DNA of 64,000 nucleotides from assembly GCA_963841915.1 (NCBI GenBank), contig CAWJEN010000005.1, forward strand, positions 640,001-704,000, given 5' to 3'. This document shows, in pieces, positions 50,304-60,304 of the stretch. Each line of letters begins with the position of its first letter. Position 1 is the stretch's first letter. This DNA is from an uncultured Planctomycetota bacterium (GTDB lineage: Bacteria > Planctomycetota > Phycisphaerae > Tepidisphaerales > Tepidisphaeraceae). Below the pieces are notes generated by a model that ran no database searches, was not told where the DNA came from, and saw only the letters and a list, made by a program, of their open reading frames with translations. Both the position numbers and the translations under genes were made by a program.

Positions 50304-51755
50304 ATGAGCGAATTTCCCAGCTTTGACATCGACGCCGTCCTGGCCGGTAAGGCACGCCTTTCGGACGTGCAGGCGCTCCAGTTGCACCGCCACGCCGACC
50401 TGACGGACCTGGGCGACTGGGCCAACAGCGTTGCCCTCAGGCGGCACCCGGCTGACTATCGCACCTACGTCGTCGATCGCAACATCAACTACACCAACGT
50501 CTGCACGAGCAAGTGCACGTTCTGCGGTTTTCGGCGGGATCACGAGGACAGCGACAGCTACGTCCTCGATCACGCGACCATCGGCCGCAAGATCGAAGAG
50601 CTCATCGCCATCGGTGGGACGCAAATCCTCATGCAGGGCGGCATGAACGATCGGCTGCCGATCACTTACTACACGGACCTGCTGGAGTTCATCCGTCGCG
50701 AGTACCCGACGATCCACATCCACGCCTTCAGCCCGCCGGAGTTCATCGAGTTCGAGCGGTTCTGGGGCATGGACGTTCGCGAGGTGATCAAGCGGTTCGT
50801 CGGGGCCGGCCTGATGACGATTCCCGGGGGCGGTGGGGAAATTTTTCCCGAGGCCGTCCGCGGGAAAATCGGGCACATCAAGGCCAGTGCCGACGACTGG
50901 CTTCGGGTCATGCGGGTCGCCCACGAAGAAGGCCTGGGCAGCAGTTGCACGATGATGATCGGCCACATCGAAACGGTTCAGGACCGCGTCGAGCACATGA
51001 ACCGGTTGCGGCTCATGCAGGACTACGCGATCGCCCTGGCCGGCGAAGGTGACCTCGAAGCGGCCGAACTGGCGGCCAAGGCGCACATGCCGGGCGTCTT
51101 CGAGAAGTCACCGAGGCCTCAGACGTGGAGCGACACTCCTGGCCGGTACGGTGCGTTCATTCACTGGCCGTTCCAGCGGGAAAACGTGCCGCTGGGCCGG
51201 GCCAAGGAGTACGACCCGCTGGTTCACGGCGACTTCGACGCCCACGAGCACCCGGACGTGGCCAAGGGTCGCGTCGTCCGCAGTGCCGGTGCGACGGAGT
51301 ACCTGCGCATGCTGGGCCTGGCCCGGCTGTACTTCGACAACATCGAGAACCTGCAGAGCAGTTGGGTGACGATGGGCCCGAAGGTCGGTCAGCTTGCGTT
51401 GTTCTTCGGTGCCAACGACATGGGCGGCGCGATGATGGAGGAGAACGTCGTCAGCGCCGCCGGCACGACGTACGACCTGGGCGTGCGGGAGCTGTGCCGA
51501 TTGATCCGTGATGCGGGTTGGGTGCCGGCGCAGCGGGACCAGTATTACAACGTGCTGCAGCGGTGGGACGGCGATGACGCCCCGGACCTGGTTCCGCTGG
51601 CCGACCCGCCGACGCGCAAAGTGGCGACGCTGGACGACAAGACGTGGATCGGTGCCGCCCCGGGCCTGGACGACGTGAGCGTCCCGCAAATTACCGGCGA
51701 GGCCGACGGCCGCGACGTGAGCCGGCGGCTACAGCTGACGGTGCTGGGAAACTGA
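50304..51755 (+). CDS. mqnC: Radical SAM CofH/MqnC family, likely cyclic dehypoxanthine futalosine synthase
   Basis: DRNINYTNVCTSKCTFC, HAFSPPE, IPGGGGEI, QSSWVT, GANDMG..MMEENVVSAAG. Confidence 0.85.
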   Translation: MSEFPSFDIDAVLAGKARLSDVQALQLHRHADLTDLGDWANSVALRRHPADYRTYVVDRNINYTNVCTSKCTFCGFRRDHEDSDSYVLDHATIGRKIEELIAIGGTQILMQGGMNDRLPITYYTDLLEFIRREYPTIHIHAFSPPEFIEFERFWGMDVREVIKRFVGAGLMTIPGGGGEIFPEAVRGKIGHIKASADDWLRVMRVAHEEGLGSSCTMMIGHIETVQDRVEHMNRLRLMQDYAIALAGEGDLEAAELAAKAHMPGVFEKSPRPQTWSDTPGRYGAFIHWPFQRENVPLGRAKEYDPLVHGDFDAHEHPDVAKGRVVRSAGATEYLRMLGLARLYFDNIENLQSSWVTMGPKVGQLALFFGANDMGGAMMEENVVSAAGTTYDLGVRELCRLIRDAGWVPAQRDQYYNVLQRWDGDDAPDLVPLADPPTRKVATLDDKTWIGAAPGLDDVSVPQITGEADGRDVSRRLQLTVLGN

Positions 51756-51791
51756 AAGTTCCTCTGGCGCGCCCGTTGCAACTGCCTTGGC

Positions 51792-52007
51792 ATGTCCAAA
51801 GACAGCAACCTCAGCAAAGGCGACAAGGTCAAGTGGAACACCTCCCAGGGCGAGACCAAGGGCGAGGTGAAGAAGCGCATCACCGACGACATCAAGATCA
51901 AGGACAACAAGGTCAAGGCGTCGAAGGACAACCCCAAGTATGTCGTCGAGTCGGACAAGACAGGTAACGAGGCGGCCCACAAGCCGGACGCCTTGAAGAA
52001 AGCCTGA
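51792..52007 (+). CDS. DUF2945 / Hva1 TUDOR-like small protein
   Basis: KGDKVKWNTSQGETKG...ASKDNPKYVVESDKTG..AAHKPDAL. Confidence 0.85.
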   Translation: MSKDSNLSKGDKVKWNTSQGETKGEVKKRITDDIKIKDNKVKASKDNPKYVVESDKTGNEAAHKPDALKKA

Positions 52008-52008
52008 C

Positions 52009-52395
52009 GTGACCAAGTCTGCCGTTCCGCCGCCCAAGCCGTGCGTCAAGTGCGGCCGCGAGATCACGTGGCGTAAGAAATGGGCCCGTGACTGGGACGG
52101 CGTGAAGTTCTGCTCCGACGCCTGCCGCCGAGCTTCCAAAGGCTCGGCGGCAGTTGATGCATTGCTCGAACAAGCGATTCTCGACCTGCTCGATCAGCGT
52201 CAGGCAGCAGCGACGATTTGCCCGAGTGAGGCGGCACGCAAGGTTGCACCCGACGACTGGCAACCGCTGATGGAACCGGCCCGCCAAGCGGCACGCCGAC
52301 TCGTCGCGGCAGGCCGAATTGTCATCACGCAGGGCGGACGAGTCGTGGATCCGTCGACCGCCAAGGGGCCGATCCGTCTGCGGAAGGTGAACTAA
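52009..52395 (+). CDS. DUF2256-DUF3253 fusion protein
   Basis: KPCVKCGREITWRKKW..DWD.VKFCSDACR + TICPSEAAR...ITQGG..VDP...KGPIRLR. Confidence 0.88.
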   Translation: MTKSAVPPPKPCVKCGREITWRKKWARDWDGVKFCSDACRRASKGSAAVDALLEQAILDLLDQRQAAATICPSEAARKVAPDDWQPLMEPARQAARRLVAAGRIVITQGGRVVDPSTAKGPIRLRKVN

Positions 52396-52402
52396 GGCCA
52401 GA

Positions 52403-52897
52403 TCAGATCTTGCTTCGCAACTCGGCGGCCGCGTCGGGGCGGACGGCGAAGATCGTCATCGGCCGCATCAGGGCTTTGGCGGTCTCGTCCGTCAGATCAT
52501 CCTTGTCGATGACGTGCTCCCAGATGGCCATCCGCGTGTGCGGCAGGCGGTCGCTTGACTCGGGGAGCCACGCGGCGCGATAGCGGTAGCCGCCGGTGAT
52601 CATGCCGAGGTGGTAGACCTTTTTCGTCGGGTCGAACGTCACCACACCGTCGCCAGGCTGCATCTCTTTAGCAAACTGGTACAGCTGTTTGCTGGTCTGG
52701 GCGTGCTTCTGCGTGTCGTCATGTGCGACCATGGCCTGCTGTAGGTCCTTCACCGTGGCGTAGTTGTCGACCGGTTCCGGAAAGGACCAGCTGCACGAGA
52801 CGACATAGTCATCGAGAAAGTGCGACAGGTACCACCCATCGCCCCCGGCGCGAACCATCCACAACTTGGGTGCCTTGACTTCGGAGGCGTCACTCAT
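52403..52897 (-). CDS. Stand-alone N-terminal domain of Mrr-like restriction proteins (no nuclease domain)
   Basis: LWMVRAG...QLYQFAKEMQPGDGVV...YHLGMITGGYRY...HTR..W. Confidence 0.65.
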   Translation of the reverse strand: MSDASEVKAPKLWMVRAGGDGWYLSHFLDDYVVSCSWSFPEPVDNYATVKDLQQAMVAHDDTQKHAQTSKQLYQFAKEMQPGDGVVTFDPTKKVYHLGMITGGYRYRAAWLPESSDRLPHTRMAIWEHVIDKDDLTDETAKALMRPMTIFAVRPDAAAELRSKI

Positions 52898-53940
52898 GCC
52901 TCGACTGTCGCCTCAACGGCCGGTCGACGCAACTTTTCCACAACATGCGCTGGGTCTTTGGCACCGGTCACCGCCGACGTGACAGCAACGGCGGTCACAC
53001 CCGTAGCCCACACGTCGGACACATTGTCGGGCGTGATGCCGGCGATCGCAACAGTCGGCCCCGGGCTCAGCGTTGCCGCCTGACGGGCGTAGTCGAGTCC
53101 CGGGTCGATCGCTCGCGGCTTGGTCGAGCTGGCAAAGACAGGGCCGACGCCCACATAGTCGACGCCGCTTTGCCAAGCGCGGTGGAGCTGGTCGACGTTG
53201 TGCGTGCTGAGGCCGACGATGCGGTCGGGGCCGACCATTGTCCTGGCTTCTTTTGCCGGCAGATCGTTCTGGCCGACGTGCACGCCGTCCGCCCCGCTGA
53301 GGACTGCCACGTCCGGTCGATCGTTCACGACGAACAAGACGCCTCGGTCGCGACACAGCTCGCTGAGCCGCCGGGCCCGGTGCAGCAACTCGCCTGCATC
53401 AAGGTCCTTTTCGCGCAATTGCAGACAGTCGGCCCCGCCGGTGATGGCAGCGTCGGCCACCGAGAACCAGTCGTCGTAGCACACCGCCTCCGTGATGAGT
53501 ACATACACACCCACGCCCGCAAACCGGTCCCGCGGACGGCTGATCAGCGTCAGCGACTTCTCGCAGTCGTACAAGCGATAACGGAGCTGCTTGACGATGC
53601 CCGACACGGCAGGATCAAGCAGTTTCGTCACTTCCTCGACGACCCGCATCGCTTCACCCGCCCGCTTACCCGCCGCGACGGCAACGCTGCCGAGGGTGCT
53701 GCGGGACTGCTCCTGAGGCGTCGAAAGACTGGTCCCGACGTCGCGTGGCGTGTCGCGAAACGGCACCGCCGCCTCGGCCAGGTCGGCCGTCGCGCCTGAC
53801 ACGTCGTGGCGGAGCCCCTTCAGGTCGGCAGCCAGCCCGCGGTCACCGGCGGCAAAGCGGGCGTAATCCTCCATCGTGCGAAGCGCTTCGCGCAAGCGGT
53901 TCACATTGGCGTCGAGGATGCGAAGGGCGCGGTCGTCCAT
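52894..53940 (-). CDS. thiE: Thiamine-phosphate synthase with N-terminal ThiD2-like extension
   Basis: RILDANVNRLREALRTMED; QLREK, NDRPD, GVHVGQND, GLSTH, GPVFASSTK, AIAGI. Confidence 0.92.
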   Translation of the reverse strand: MDDRALRILDANVNRLREALRTMEDYARFAAGDRGLAADLKGLRHDVSGATADLAEAAVPFRDTPRDVGTSLSTPQEQSRSTLGSVAVAAGKRAGEAMRVVEEVTKLLDPAVSGIVKQLRYRLYDCEKSLTLISRPRDRFAGVGVYVLITEAVCYDDWFSVADAAITGGADCLQLREKDLDAGELLHRARRLSELCRDRGVLFVVNDRPDVAVLSGADGVHVGQNDLPAKEARTMVGPDRIVGLSTHNVDQLHRAWQSGVDYVGVGPVFASSTKPRAIDPGLDYARQAATLSPGPTVAIAGITPDNVSDVWATGVTAVAVTSAVTGAKDPAHVVEKLRRPAVEATVEA

Positions 53941-53985
53941 GCGTGGCAGTGCAGGTTATGGGACCGACAAGCCGATGAAGCGAAT

Positions 53986-55119
53986 ATGCCCGCAGCCGTC
54001 GAGAAGACCAAGACCAAGAAGAGCGTTCGCGACTACGCCGACCGGCGCAAGACGCACAGCAAAGGCCTTGCTGCGGTGAAGAAAGCCAGCCAATCGGCCA
54101 AGGCGTCGCAAAAAGCGGACGTGGTGGGCCGGATCGCTCCACGCCTTTACGATGCGGGTGGCGTGCCGAACACGAACCAAATCATCCAGGGCGATTGCAT
54201 CGACCTGCTGAACAAGGGCCCCGAGGGTTGGGTCGATCTCGTGTTTGCCGATCCGCCCTTCAACATCGGCTATCTCTACGACGGCTACGAAGACCTCAAG
54301 CCGGCCGAGCAGTACGTCAAATGGTGCAGCGAGTGGATGAAGGCCGCCCACCGGGCGCTGAGCGACACGGGCAGTTTCTTCCTGGCCATCGGTGACGATT
54401 ACGTCGCAGAGCTGTGCGTCGAGGCCAAGAAGCTCGGCTTCAACATGCGGAACTGGATCGTCTGGCACTACACCTTCGGCCAGCAGCCCAAGCACAAGTT
54501 CGCCCGCAGCCACACGCACATTCTGTACTTCACCAAGGACGCCAAGAAGTTCACCTTCAACCGCGACGACATCCGTGTCAAAAGCGCCCGGCAGACCATC
54601 TACAACGACCCGCGGGCCAGCAAAAAGGGAAAACTGCCCGACGACACGTGGTACCTGCGGCCACAGGAAGCCCAGGGCGAACTCTTCGAGCCGGGTGACG
54701 ACGTCTGGAACGAAAGCCGCGTCTGCGGCACGTTCAAGGAACGCGAAGGCTGGCACGGCTGTCAGATGCCCATCGCCGTCCTCGATCGCATCATCAAAGC
54801 CGCCAGCAACCCGGGCGACGTCGTGCTCGATCCGTTCAACGGCAGCGGGACCACCTGCCTCAGTGCCGCCCTGCTCGGCCGCCGCTATGTCGGCCTCGAA
54901 CTCAACGACGACTACGTCTCCCTCGCCCGCCAACGTGTCGCCCACGCGCTCGAAAAGGTCGAGGACCTTCGCGCCCTCAATGGCGACGAAAGCGACGCTC
55001 CGATCGATCTGAGCCAGGTCCTGGCCCACATCACCGATCCGTCGCGAGCAAGCAAGGTGCAGACCGAAACCGACGCACTAGGCCGCCCCCGCGTCGCCCG
55101 CCGCAAAGCATCGGCTTGA
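53986..55119 (+). CDS. Beta-class N4/N6 DNA methyltransferase (orphan)
   Basis: GDC, FADPPFN (motif IV) preceding VLDPFNGSGTT (motif I). Confidence 0.92.
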   Translation: MPAAVEKTKTKKSVRDYADRRKTHSKGLAAVKKASQSAKASQKADVVGRIAPRLYDAGGVPNTNQIIQGDCIDLLNKGPEGWVDLVFADPPFNIGYLYDGYEDLKPAEQYVKWCSEWMKAAHRALSDTGSFFLAIGDDYVAELCVEAKKLGFNMRNWIVWHYTFGQQPKHKFARSHTHILYFTKDAKKFTFNRDDIRVKSARQTIYNDPRASKKGKLPDDTWYLRPQEAQGELFEPGDDVWNESRVCGTFKEREGWHGCQMPIAVLDRIIKAASNPGDVVLDPFNGSGTTCLSAALLGRRYVGLELNDDYVSLARQRVAHALEKVEDLRALNGDESDAPIDLSQVLAHITDPSRASKVQTETDALGRPRVARRKASA

Positions 55120-55271
55120 AGTGCCCCTGAGCCGGAGTCCCATGGAACGCAGCTCAGGGGTCATCTGTACAAGTTGAATCCGCTGCGTGTTGGACGGTCG
55201 TGAATTGGGCGGAACAAAGCGGCCGGGATCATCCTGCCGTCGATGCCACCGCTACAGTCGCGGCGACCCGC

Positions 55272-56096
55272 ATGGCCGACGCGACTGCTCGTTCCATTCT
55301 CGCCCGCCCGACCGCTGTCCTGGCCGACTTCGGGGACTTCTGCGCTTTCGCCGGCAACGCCATCGCCTACAGCTTCGGCCGCCTCCCCAGACGCCAGACC
55401 ATCCGCGGCCTGCTCGAACAGATGTACGAAGTGGGCGTCAAAAGCGTGCCCGTCGTCGGCGTGACCGGCGCGTTCATCGGCATGGTCATGGCCATCGAGA
55501 GCTACGCCCAGTTCGTCGCCATTGGTCAGGAAGAACGCATCGGCAGCGTCATCGGTCTCACCGTCGTCAAACAGATCGGCCCCGTCTTGGCGGCCATGAT
55601 GCTTGCCGGTCGCGTCGGTGGTGCCCTGACCGCAGAGCTTGGCACGATGAACGTGACCGAACAGCTCGACGCCCTGCGGGTTATGGGCTCCGACCCGATC
55701 CGCTACCTCGTCGTGCCGCGGTTCCTGGCGTGCCTGCTGCTGACGCCGATGCTGACGATTTATAGCGATCTGTTGGGGATTCTCGGTGGCTCGTTTGTGG
55801 CGACGCAGTTGCTGGGCATCAGTGCCGAGCCGTACTGGCAGAACACGTCCGCGGGAATCGACACCTGGAACATTGTTGAAGGCCTCATCAAGAGCGTCTT
55901 CTTCGGCGGGGCCATAGGCCTTGTCAGTTGCTACAAAGGCTTTACCTGCGGCAGCGGTGCCAGCGGCGTGGGTAAGGCCTGCACCGAAGGCTTCGTCCAG
56001 AGCTTCGTCGTCATCATCATTCTCAACTTCTTCTTCGCCAAGCTGCTCCGCGACTTCTATGAAGGCCTCTACGGGCCGTCAGAGAGCTTGTTTTAA
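55272..56096 (+). CDS. mlaE: MlaE-family ABC permease
   Basis: GPVLAAMMLAGRVGGALTAELGTMNVTEQLDALRVMG.DPIRYLVVPR. Confidence 0.9.
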   Translation: MADATARSILARPTAVLADFGDFCAFAGNAIAYSFGRLPRRQTIRGLLEQMYEVGVKSVPVVGVTGAFIGMVMAIESYAQFVAIGQEERIGSVIGLTVVKQIGPVLAAMMLAGRVGGALTAELGTMNVTEQLDALRVMGSDPIRYLVVPRFLACLLLTPMLTIYSDLLGILGGSFVATQLLGISAEPYWQNTSAGIDTWNIVEGLIKSVFFGGAIGLVSCYKGFTCGSGASGVGKACTEGFVQSFVVIIILNFFFAKLLRDFYEGLYGPSESLF

Positions 56097-56101
56097 GCCG
56101 A

Positions 56102-56860
56102 ATGAGCTTGATCCGTCTCAAGAATCTCCACAAGCGGTTCGGCCCGCTCGTCGTCCTCGACGGTGTCGACCTGGAGGTCGATCCGGGCAAAACGCTCGTC
56201 GTCCTCGGCGCCAGCGGGAGCGGTAAGAGCGTCATGCTCAAGCACATCGTCGGCCTCCTTCAGCCCGACAAAGGAGAGGTCTGGTTCGAGAACACGCGCA
56301 TCGACACGCTCGGCAAACGCGAGCTCATGCAGATCCGTCCGCAGATGGGATTCCTGTTCCAGCAGGGCGCACTCTTCGACTCGCTGACCAACCTGCAGAA
56401 CGTCATCTTTCCGCTGACCGAGCACACCAAGCTCGGCAAGGAAGAAGCCCGAGCCAAGGCCCAGCGGATGCTCAACATGGTCGGCCTGCCCGAGGTGGGC
56501 AACAAGATGCCCGGCCAGGTGTCGGGCGGCCAACGCAAGCGCGTCGCCCTGGCCCGGGCCATCGTCATGGAGCCCAAGGTCATCCTCTACGACGAGCCGA
56601 CGACCGGCCTGGACCCCATCCGCAGCGACGTCATCAGCGAGGTCATTCTCAAGCTCAACCGCGAGCTGGGCGTGACGAGCATCGTCGTCACGCACGACAT
56701 GGCCAACGCCTTCAAGGTTGCCGACCGCGTGGTCATGCTGCACGAAGGCAAAATGGCCTTTGACGGGACGGTCGACGAGATCCGATCGAGCACCGACCCG
56801 GTTGTCAGCCGATTCGTCCGCGGCGAGGCCGACGAGCGCGAGCTGGGTGGTTTGCGGTAA
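56102..56860 (+). CDS. mlaF: MlaF-family ABC ATPase
   Basis: GASGSGKS, FQQGALFDSL, SGGQRKRVALARA, YDEPTTGLDP, VTHD. Confidence 0.9.
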   Translation: MSLIRLKNLHKRFGPLVVLDGVDLEVDPGKTLVVLGASGSGKSVMLKHIVGLLQPDKGEVWFENTRIDTLGKRELMQIRPQMGFLFQQGALFDSLTNLQNVIFPLTEHTKLGKEEARAKAQRMLNMVGLPEVGNKMPGQVSGGQRKRVALARAIVMEPKVILYDEPTTGLDPIRSDVISEVILKLNRELGVTSIVVTHDMANAFKVADRVVMLHEGKMAFDGTVDEIRSSTDPVVSRFVRGEADERELGGLR

Positions 56861-56897
56861 AGGCCGGTCGCTGCTTGCACGTTGACAATACTGCGGC

Positions 56898-58031
56898 ATG
56901 GCTCGTCCCGACGTTTTCATCAGTTGTGCCGAGGCCAGTGGCGACATGCACGCCGGTGGCCTGACGCGCAGTCTGTTGGCGCAGCGACCTTCGTTGCAGA
57001 TCGCCGGCATCGGCGGGCCCAAGCTCGCCGCCGGTGGGGCCGACGTGTGGCACGACACGGTCAGCAAAGCGCGGTTCGGCCTGACCAGCTTTCTACGGGC
57101 CGGTGAGGTGCTCAAGATGCTCAAAGACCTGCGCCGCCGTTGGCAGCGTGACGGTGCGCCGCGGCTGGTGATCGGGTGCGACTCGTGGACGATGAACAAG
57201 CACGTCCTGAAGCTCGCCCGCGAGTTCGGGGCGAGCGGCATGTACTACATCTCGCCGCAGGTGTGGGCCAGTCGCGAGGGCCGTGTCAAAAAGCTGGCCG
57301 AGCTGACCAAAGCGGTCGCCTGCATCCTGCCGTTCGAGGAGCAATGGCTGCGTGATCGCGGCGTGAATGCGACGTTCGTCGGGCACCCGCTCTTCGACCA
57401 CGTCGGCACGCCACTGACGGACGGCGTGCGGTTTCCTGACCGGCCGCCTCACATCGCTCTCAACGCGGGCAGTCGGCAAAACGTGACAAAGTCGCACCTG
57501 CCCGGCCTGCTCGCCGCGGCTGAGACGTTGCGCTCATTGTACCCCGGCTCGACCTTCGTCAGCCCCGTTGTCCCCGCGACCGAGCAGCTTGTTCGCGACG
57601 CGGCACCCGACTACATCGACGTGCGGCTCGACGCGTTCGATGAAGTCATCGCCGACTGCGATCTGGCCTTGACGTTGAGCGGCACGGCGACGCTGCAGAC
57701 GGCGGCGTATCACGTGCCGATGGTCGTGGTCTATCGCGCCAACCGCGTGCTGTGGGAGACGATCGGCCGGGTGCTCATCAAGACCGATACGTTCTCGCTG
57801 GTCAACCTGCTCCACCCGCGACGAGAGCACGTGGTGCACGAGCTGATCCCGTGGAACGGCAAGCCCGAGCCGCTCGTGGCCCAAGCGCAAAAGCTGCTCG
57901 ACGACCCTGCGGCGCTTCGGAAGCAAAGGCGTGATCTGGCGGATGTGGTCGAGCCGCTACGCAAGCGTGGTGCCGGTGATGCGGCGGCGGTGATGGCGCT
58001 TGGGCTGCTCGACGGTGGCAAATTACTGTGA
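56898..58031 (+). CDS. lpxB: Lipid-A-disaccharide synthase
   Basis: EASGD, YYISPQVWASR, ILPFE, FVGHP, GSR, SGTATL. Confidence 0.9.
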   Translation: MARPDVFISCAEASGDMHAGGLTRSLLAQRPSLQIAGIGGPKLAAGGADVWHDTVSKARFGLTSFLRAGEVLKMLKDLRRRWQRDGAPRLVIGCDSWTMNKHVLKLAREFGASGMYYISPQVWASREGRVKKLAELTKAVACILPFEEQWLRDRGVNATFVGHPLFDHVGTPLTDGVRFPDRPPHIALNAGSRQNVTKSHLPGLLAAAETLRSLYPGSTFVSPVVPATEQLVRDAAPDYIDVRLDAFDEVIADCDLALTLSGTATLQTAAYHVPMVVVYRANRVLWETIGRVLIKTDTFSLVNLLHPRREHVVHELIPWNGKPEPLVAQAQKLLDDPAALRKQRRDLADVVEPLRKRGAGDAAAVMALGLLDGGKLL

Positions 58032-58155
58032 AGATTGCGTGTATTTCGGCGGTCGGATGACGACACGCGGCTGAGGCACGGCCTACGCTCACCCCTTGGC
58101 CGGTCCGAGCGTGGCCGCCCCGGCCTTTGCCGATTCACCGGCCACCCCACCCGCG

Positions 58156-58830
58156 ATGAGCGCAACGATGAAGGACATGTTCGACCGGCTCCGCCTCGAT
58201 TCGGCGAGAATGGCCGGAAAAGTGCAGCAAAGTGTTTCCGACGCCGCCCAGGCGATCAGCCGTGGTGACGTGAAGCTGGCGGCAAAGGTCGTCGCCGTCG
58301 ACGATGAGATTGACGAGGCCGAGCTACTGATCGAGAAGTCTGCGATCGATTTGCTGAGTCTCTATCGCCCGCTCGCCGGTGAGTTCCGCACGGCACTCAT
58401 GACACTCAAGGCCAACGGCGAGCTCGAGCGGATTGCAGACTGTGCGGGTAATGCTGCCAACCAGGTCAAGGCGATTCTCGCCGACGCCGACCGCATGGGA
58501 ACGCCTTACAGCGTACCGACGGCATTGAGTGACCTCGCCGCCGCGGCCGACGCGATGTGTCGAAAGACGGTGCGTGCGTACAACTTCTGCGATCCTGAAG
58601 CGGCCGAGGACGTTATCCGCAGTGACGGCCGGGCCGACGCGTTGTACGCCCAGGTGTTGCAGGAAGCCTCGGCAGAACTTCGCGGCGAAAGCGACCGCCG
58701 CGAGCGGCAATTGGCCTTCATCATGACGGCCAAGAATCTCGAACGTATCGGTGATCACTGCACGAATGTGGCCGAGGACATCTTGTACATCGCCCGCGGC
58801 GAGATCGTCCGTCACCGCCACGCCGTCTGA
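58156..58830 (+). CDS. phoU: Phosphate signalling protein PhoU
   Basis: DDEID...ELERIADCAGN and D..AD...NLERIGDHCTNVAE. Confidence 0.9.
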   Translation: MSATMKDMFDRLRLDSARMAGKVQQSVSDAAQAISRGDVKLAAKVVAVDDEIDEAELLIEKSAIDLLSLYRPLAGEFRTALMTLKANGELERIADCAGNAANQVKAILADADRMGTPYSVPTALSDLAAAADAMCRKTVRAYNFCDPEAAEDVIRSDGRADALYAQVLQEASAELRGESDRRERQLAFIMTAKNLERIGDHCTNVAEDILYIARGEIVRHRHAV

Positions 58831-58833
58831 CGC

Positions 58834-60057
58834 TCAGGCGACCATGGTGCGGTGCACGCGACGGCCGATGCCGCACAAAATTTCGTACGGAATCGTCCCG
58901 CACTGCCGGGCGATCGCCTCGGCACCAATCGTGCTGGAGGCGTCGTCTTCGAGCAGCACCGCCGTCATGCCGGCCTTGGCCCACGGCGCAGGCGTCAGGT
59001 CGATCGTCACGTAGTCCATGCTCACGCGACCCACGACCGGGCACAAAGCGGGCGAAGCGTCTTGCGTATCGTCGAGCACGCGGACGTGGCCCGCATCGGA
59101 CAGCGAGCGGCGGTAACCGTCGGCGTATCCGACCGGCAGCAGCCCGATCCGCGTCGCCTTCTCCGCACGCCACGATCGGCCGTAACCGACGGTCGCGCCG
59201 GCAGGAACCTCACGAATGCTGTGGATCGGCGTGACCCAGCGGGCGGTCGGCAGCAGGCGGGCGTCGGCCTTTGCGGCCGGGTCGATGCCGTGCAGAGCAA
59301 GGCCGCAGCGGACGAGGTCAAAGCCGTCGTGATCGGCCGTGCCATGCCCGGTGAGCGTGCCGCCACTGTTGGCGACGTGACGCAGCACGCGCGGCGGCAA
59401 CGGGCGGCCGAGCTGCTCGAGGGCGGCGTGGAACAGCCACGTCTGGTCGTCGCTGAACGGCTCGTCGGCCAGCTCGCCATCGGTCAGGTGCGTACCGACG
59501 CCCGACAGACGCAGGGCCGGCTTGTCGAGACAGGCGGCGACGGTCGAGGCAAAGTGCTTGACGTCGCAGCCTTCGCGGCACATACCGGTGTCGAGCATCA
59601 CCTGCACGTCGGCCCGTTTGCCAAGTCGCTCTGCCCGGCGGGCGATGTCTCCAGCGGCTTCGGCCGTATTGACGCTGAGCCAGATGCCGGCCGTGATGGC
59701 GTCGTCGAGCAGCTTGGCATTGCCCGGTGACCACACCAGCTCAACAGGCCGCAGGCACATCACCGGCACATCGTGACCCGGCACAGCCAGCGCTTCTTCA
59801 AGCGTCGCCACGGCCAGCGCGTGCGGCACGTTTTGTGGATCGTCACCGGCAAAGAGCGCGTCGACGACAGAGGCCATGCCGTGCCCGTAAGCGTCGGCTT
59901 TAACGACGGCACAGACGCCGCAACCGGCCGCCTCACGCAACGCCGCCAGGTTGTGACGCAGGCGTGAGGCTGACACTTGCAGCGTGGGTGCGACGACCCG
60001 ACCGGCCGTTTGGCGGGGCGGGCGTCGGTCCTTCGACGTCTGGGTGCGGTCGCTCAA
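58834..60057 (-). CDS. alr: Alanine racemase
   Basis: AVVKADAYGHG, DTGM.REG, VGYG, GYADG, GRVSMD, TIPYE. Confidence 0.93.
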   Translation of the reverse strand: MSDRTQTSKDRRPPRQTAGRVVAPTLQVSASRLRHNLAALREAAGCGVCAVVKADAYGHGMASVVDALFAGDDPQNVPHALAVATLEEALAVPGHDVPVMCLRPVELVWSPGNAKLLDDAITAGIWLSVNTAEAAGDIARRAERLGKRADVQVMLDTGMCREGCDVKHFASTVAACLDKPALRLSGVGTHLTDGELADEPFSDDQTWLFHAALEQLGRPLPPRVLRHVANSGGTLTGHGTADHDGFDLVRCGLALHGIDPAAKADARLLPTARWVTPIHSIREVPAGATVGYGRSWRAEKATRIGLLPVGYADGYRRSLSDAGHVRVLDDTQDASPALCPVVGRVSMDYVTIDLTPAPWAKAGMTAVLLEDDASSTIGAEAIARQCGTIPYEILCGIGRRVHRTMVA

Positions 60058-60304
60058 GTCGGCTCACTCTAACCCGCGGTCGCCCCGGCGGCGCGAGGCG
60101 AAACCGGGTTGTACCTGCCGATAATGCTCGCGGTGGCGACTCTCTTATCGACCAGGCTACTCGTGTGACGATGCCTCTGGCAATGCTGTCTTCTCGAGCC
60201 GTTTCGACACCGTCCGCCCGCCACTCCGTACTCGCTATCGCAGCAGAGCTAAGCGTCTGCGCCGCGACAGTGATGGCCATCGCGGCCGGTGCGATGCTGT
60301 TCCG

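Noticed and set aside
53941..53985. TPP riboswitch upstream of thiE
   Set aside because: Only 45 bp separate thiE from the divergent methyltransferase, and no TPP aptamer consensus is visible
55124..55160. Hairpin cccctgagc...gctcagggg after the methyltransferase
   Set aside because: 9-bp stem with a long loop and no U-tract; too weak to call as a terminator or ncRNA
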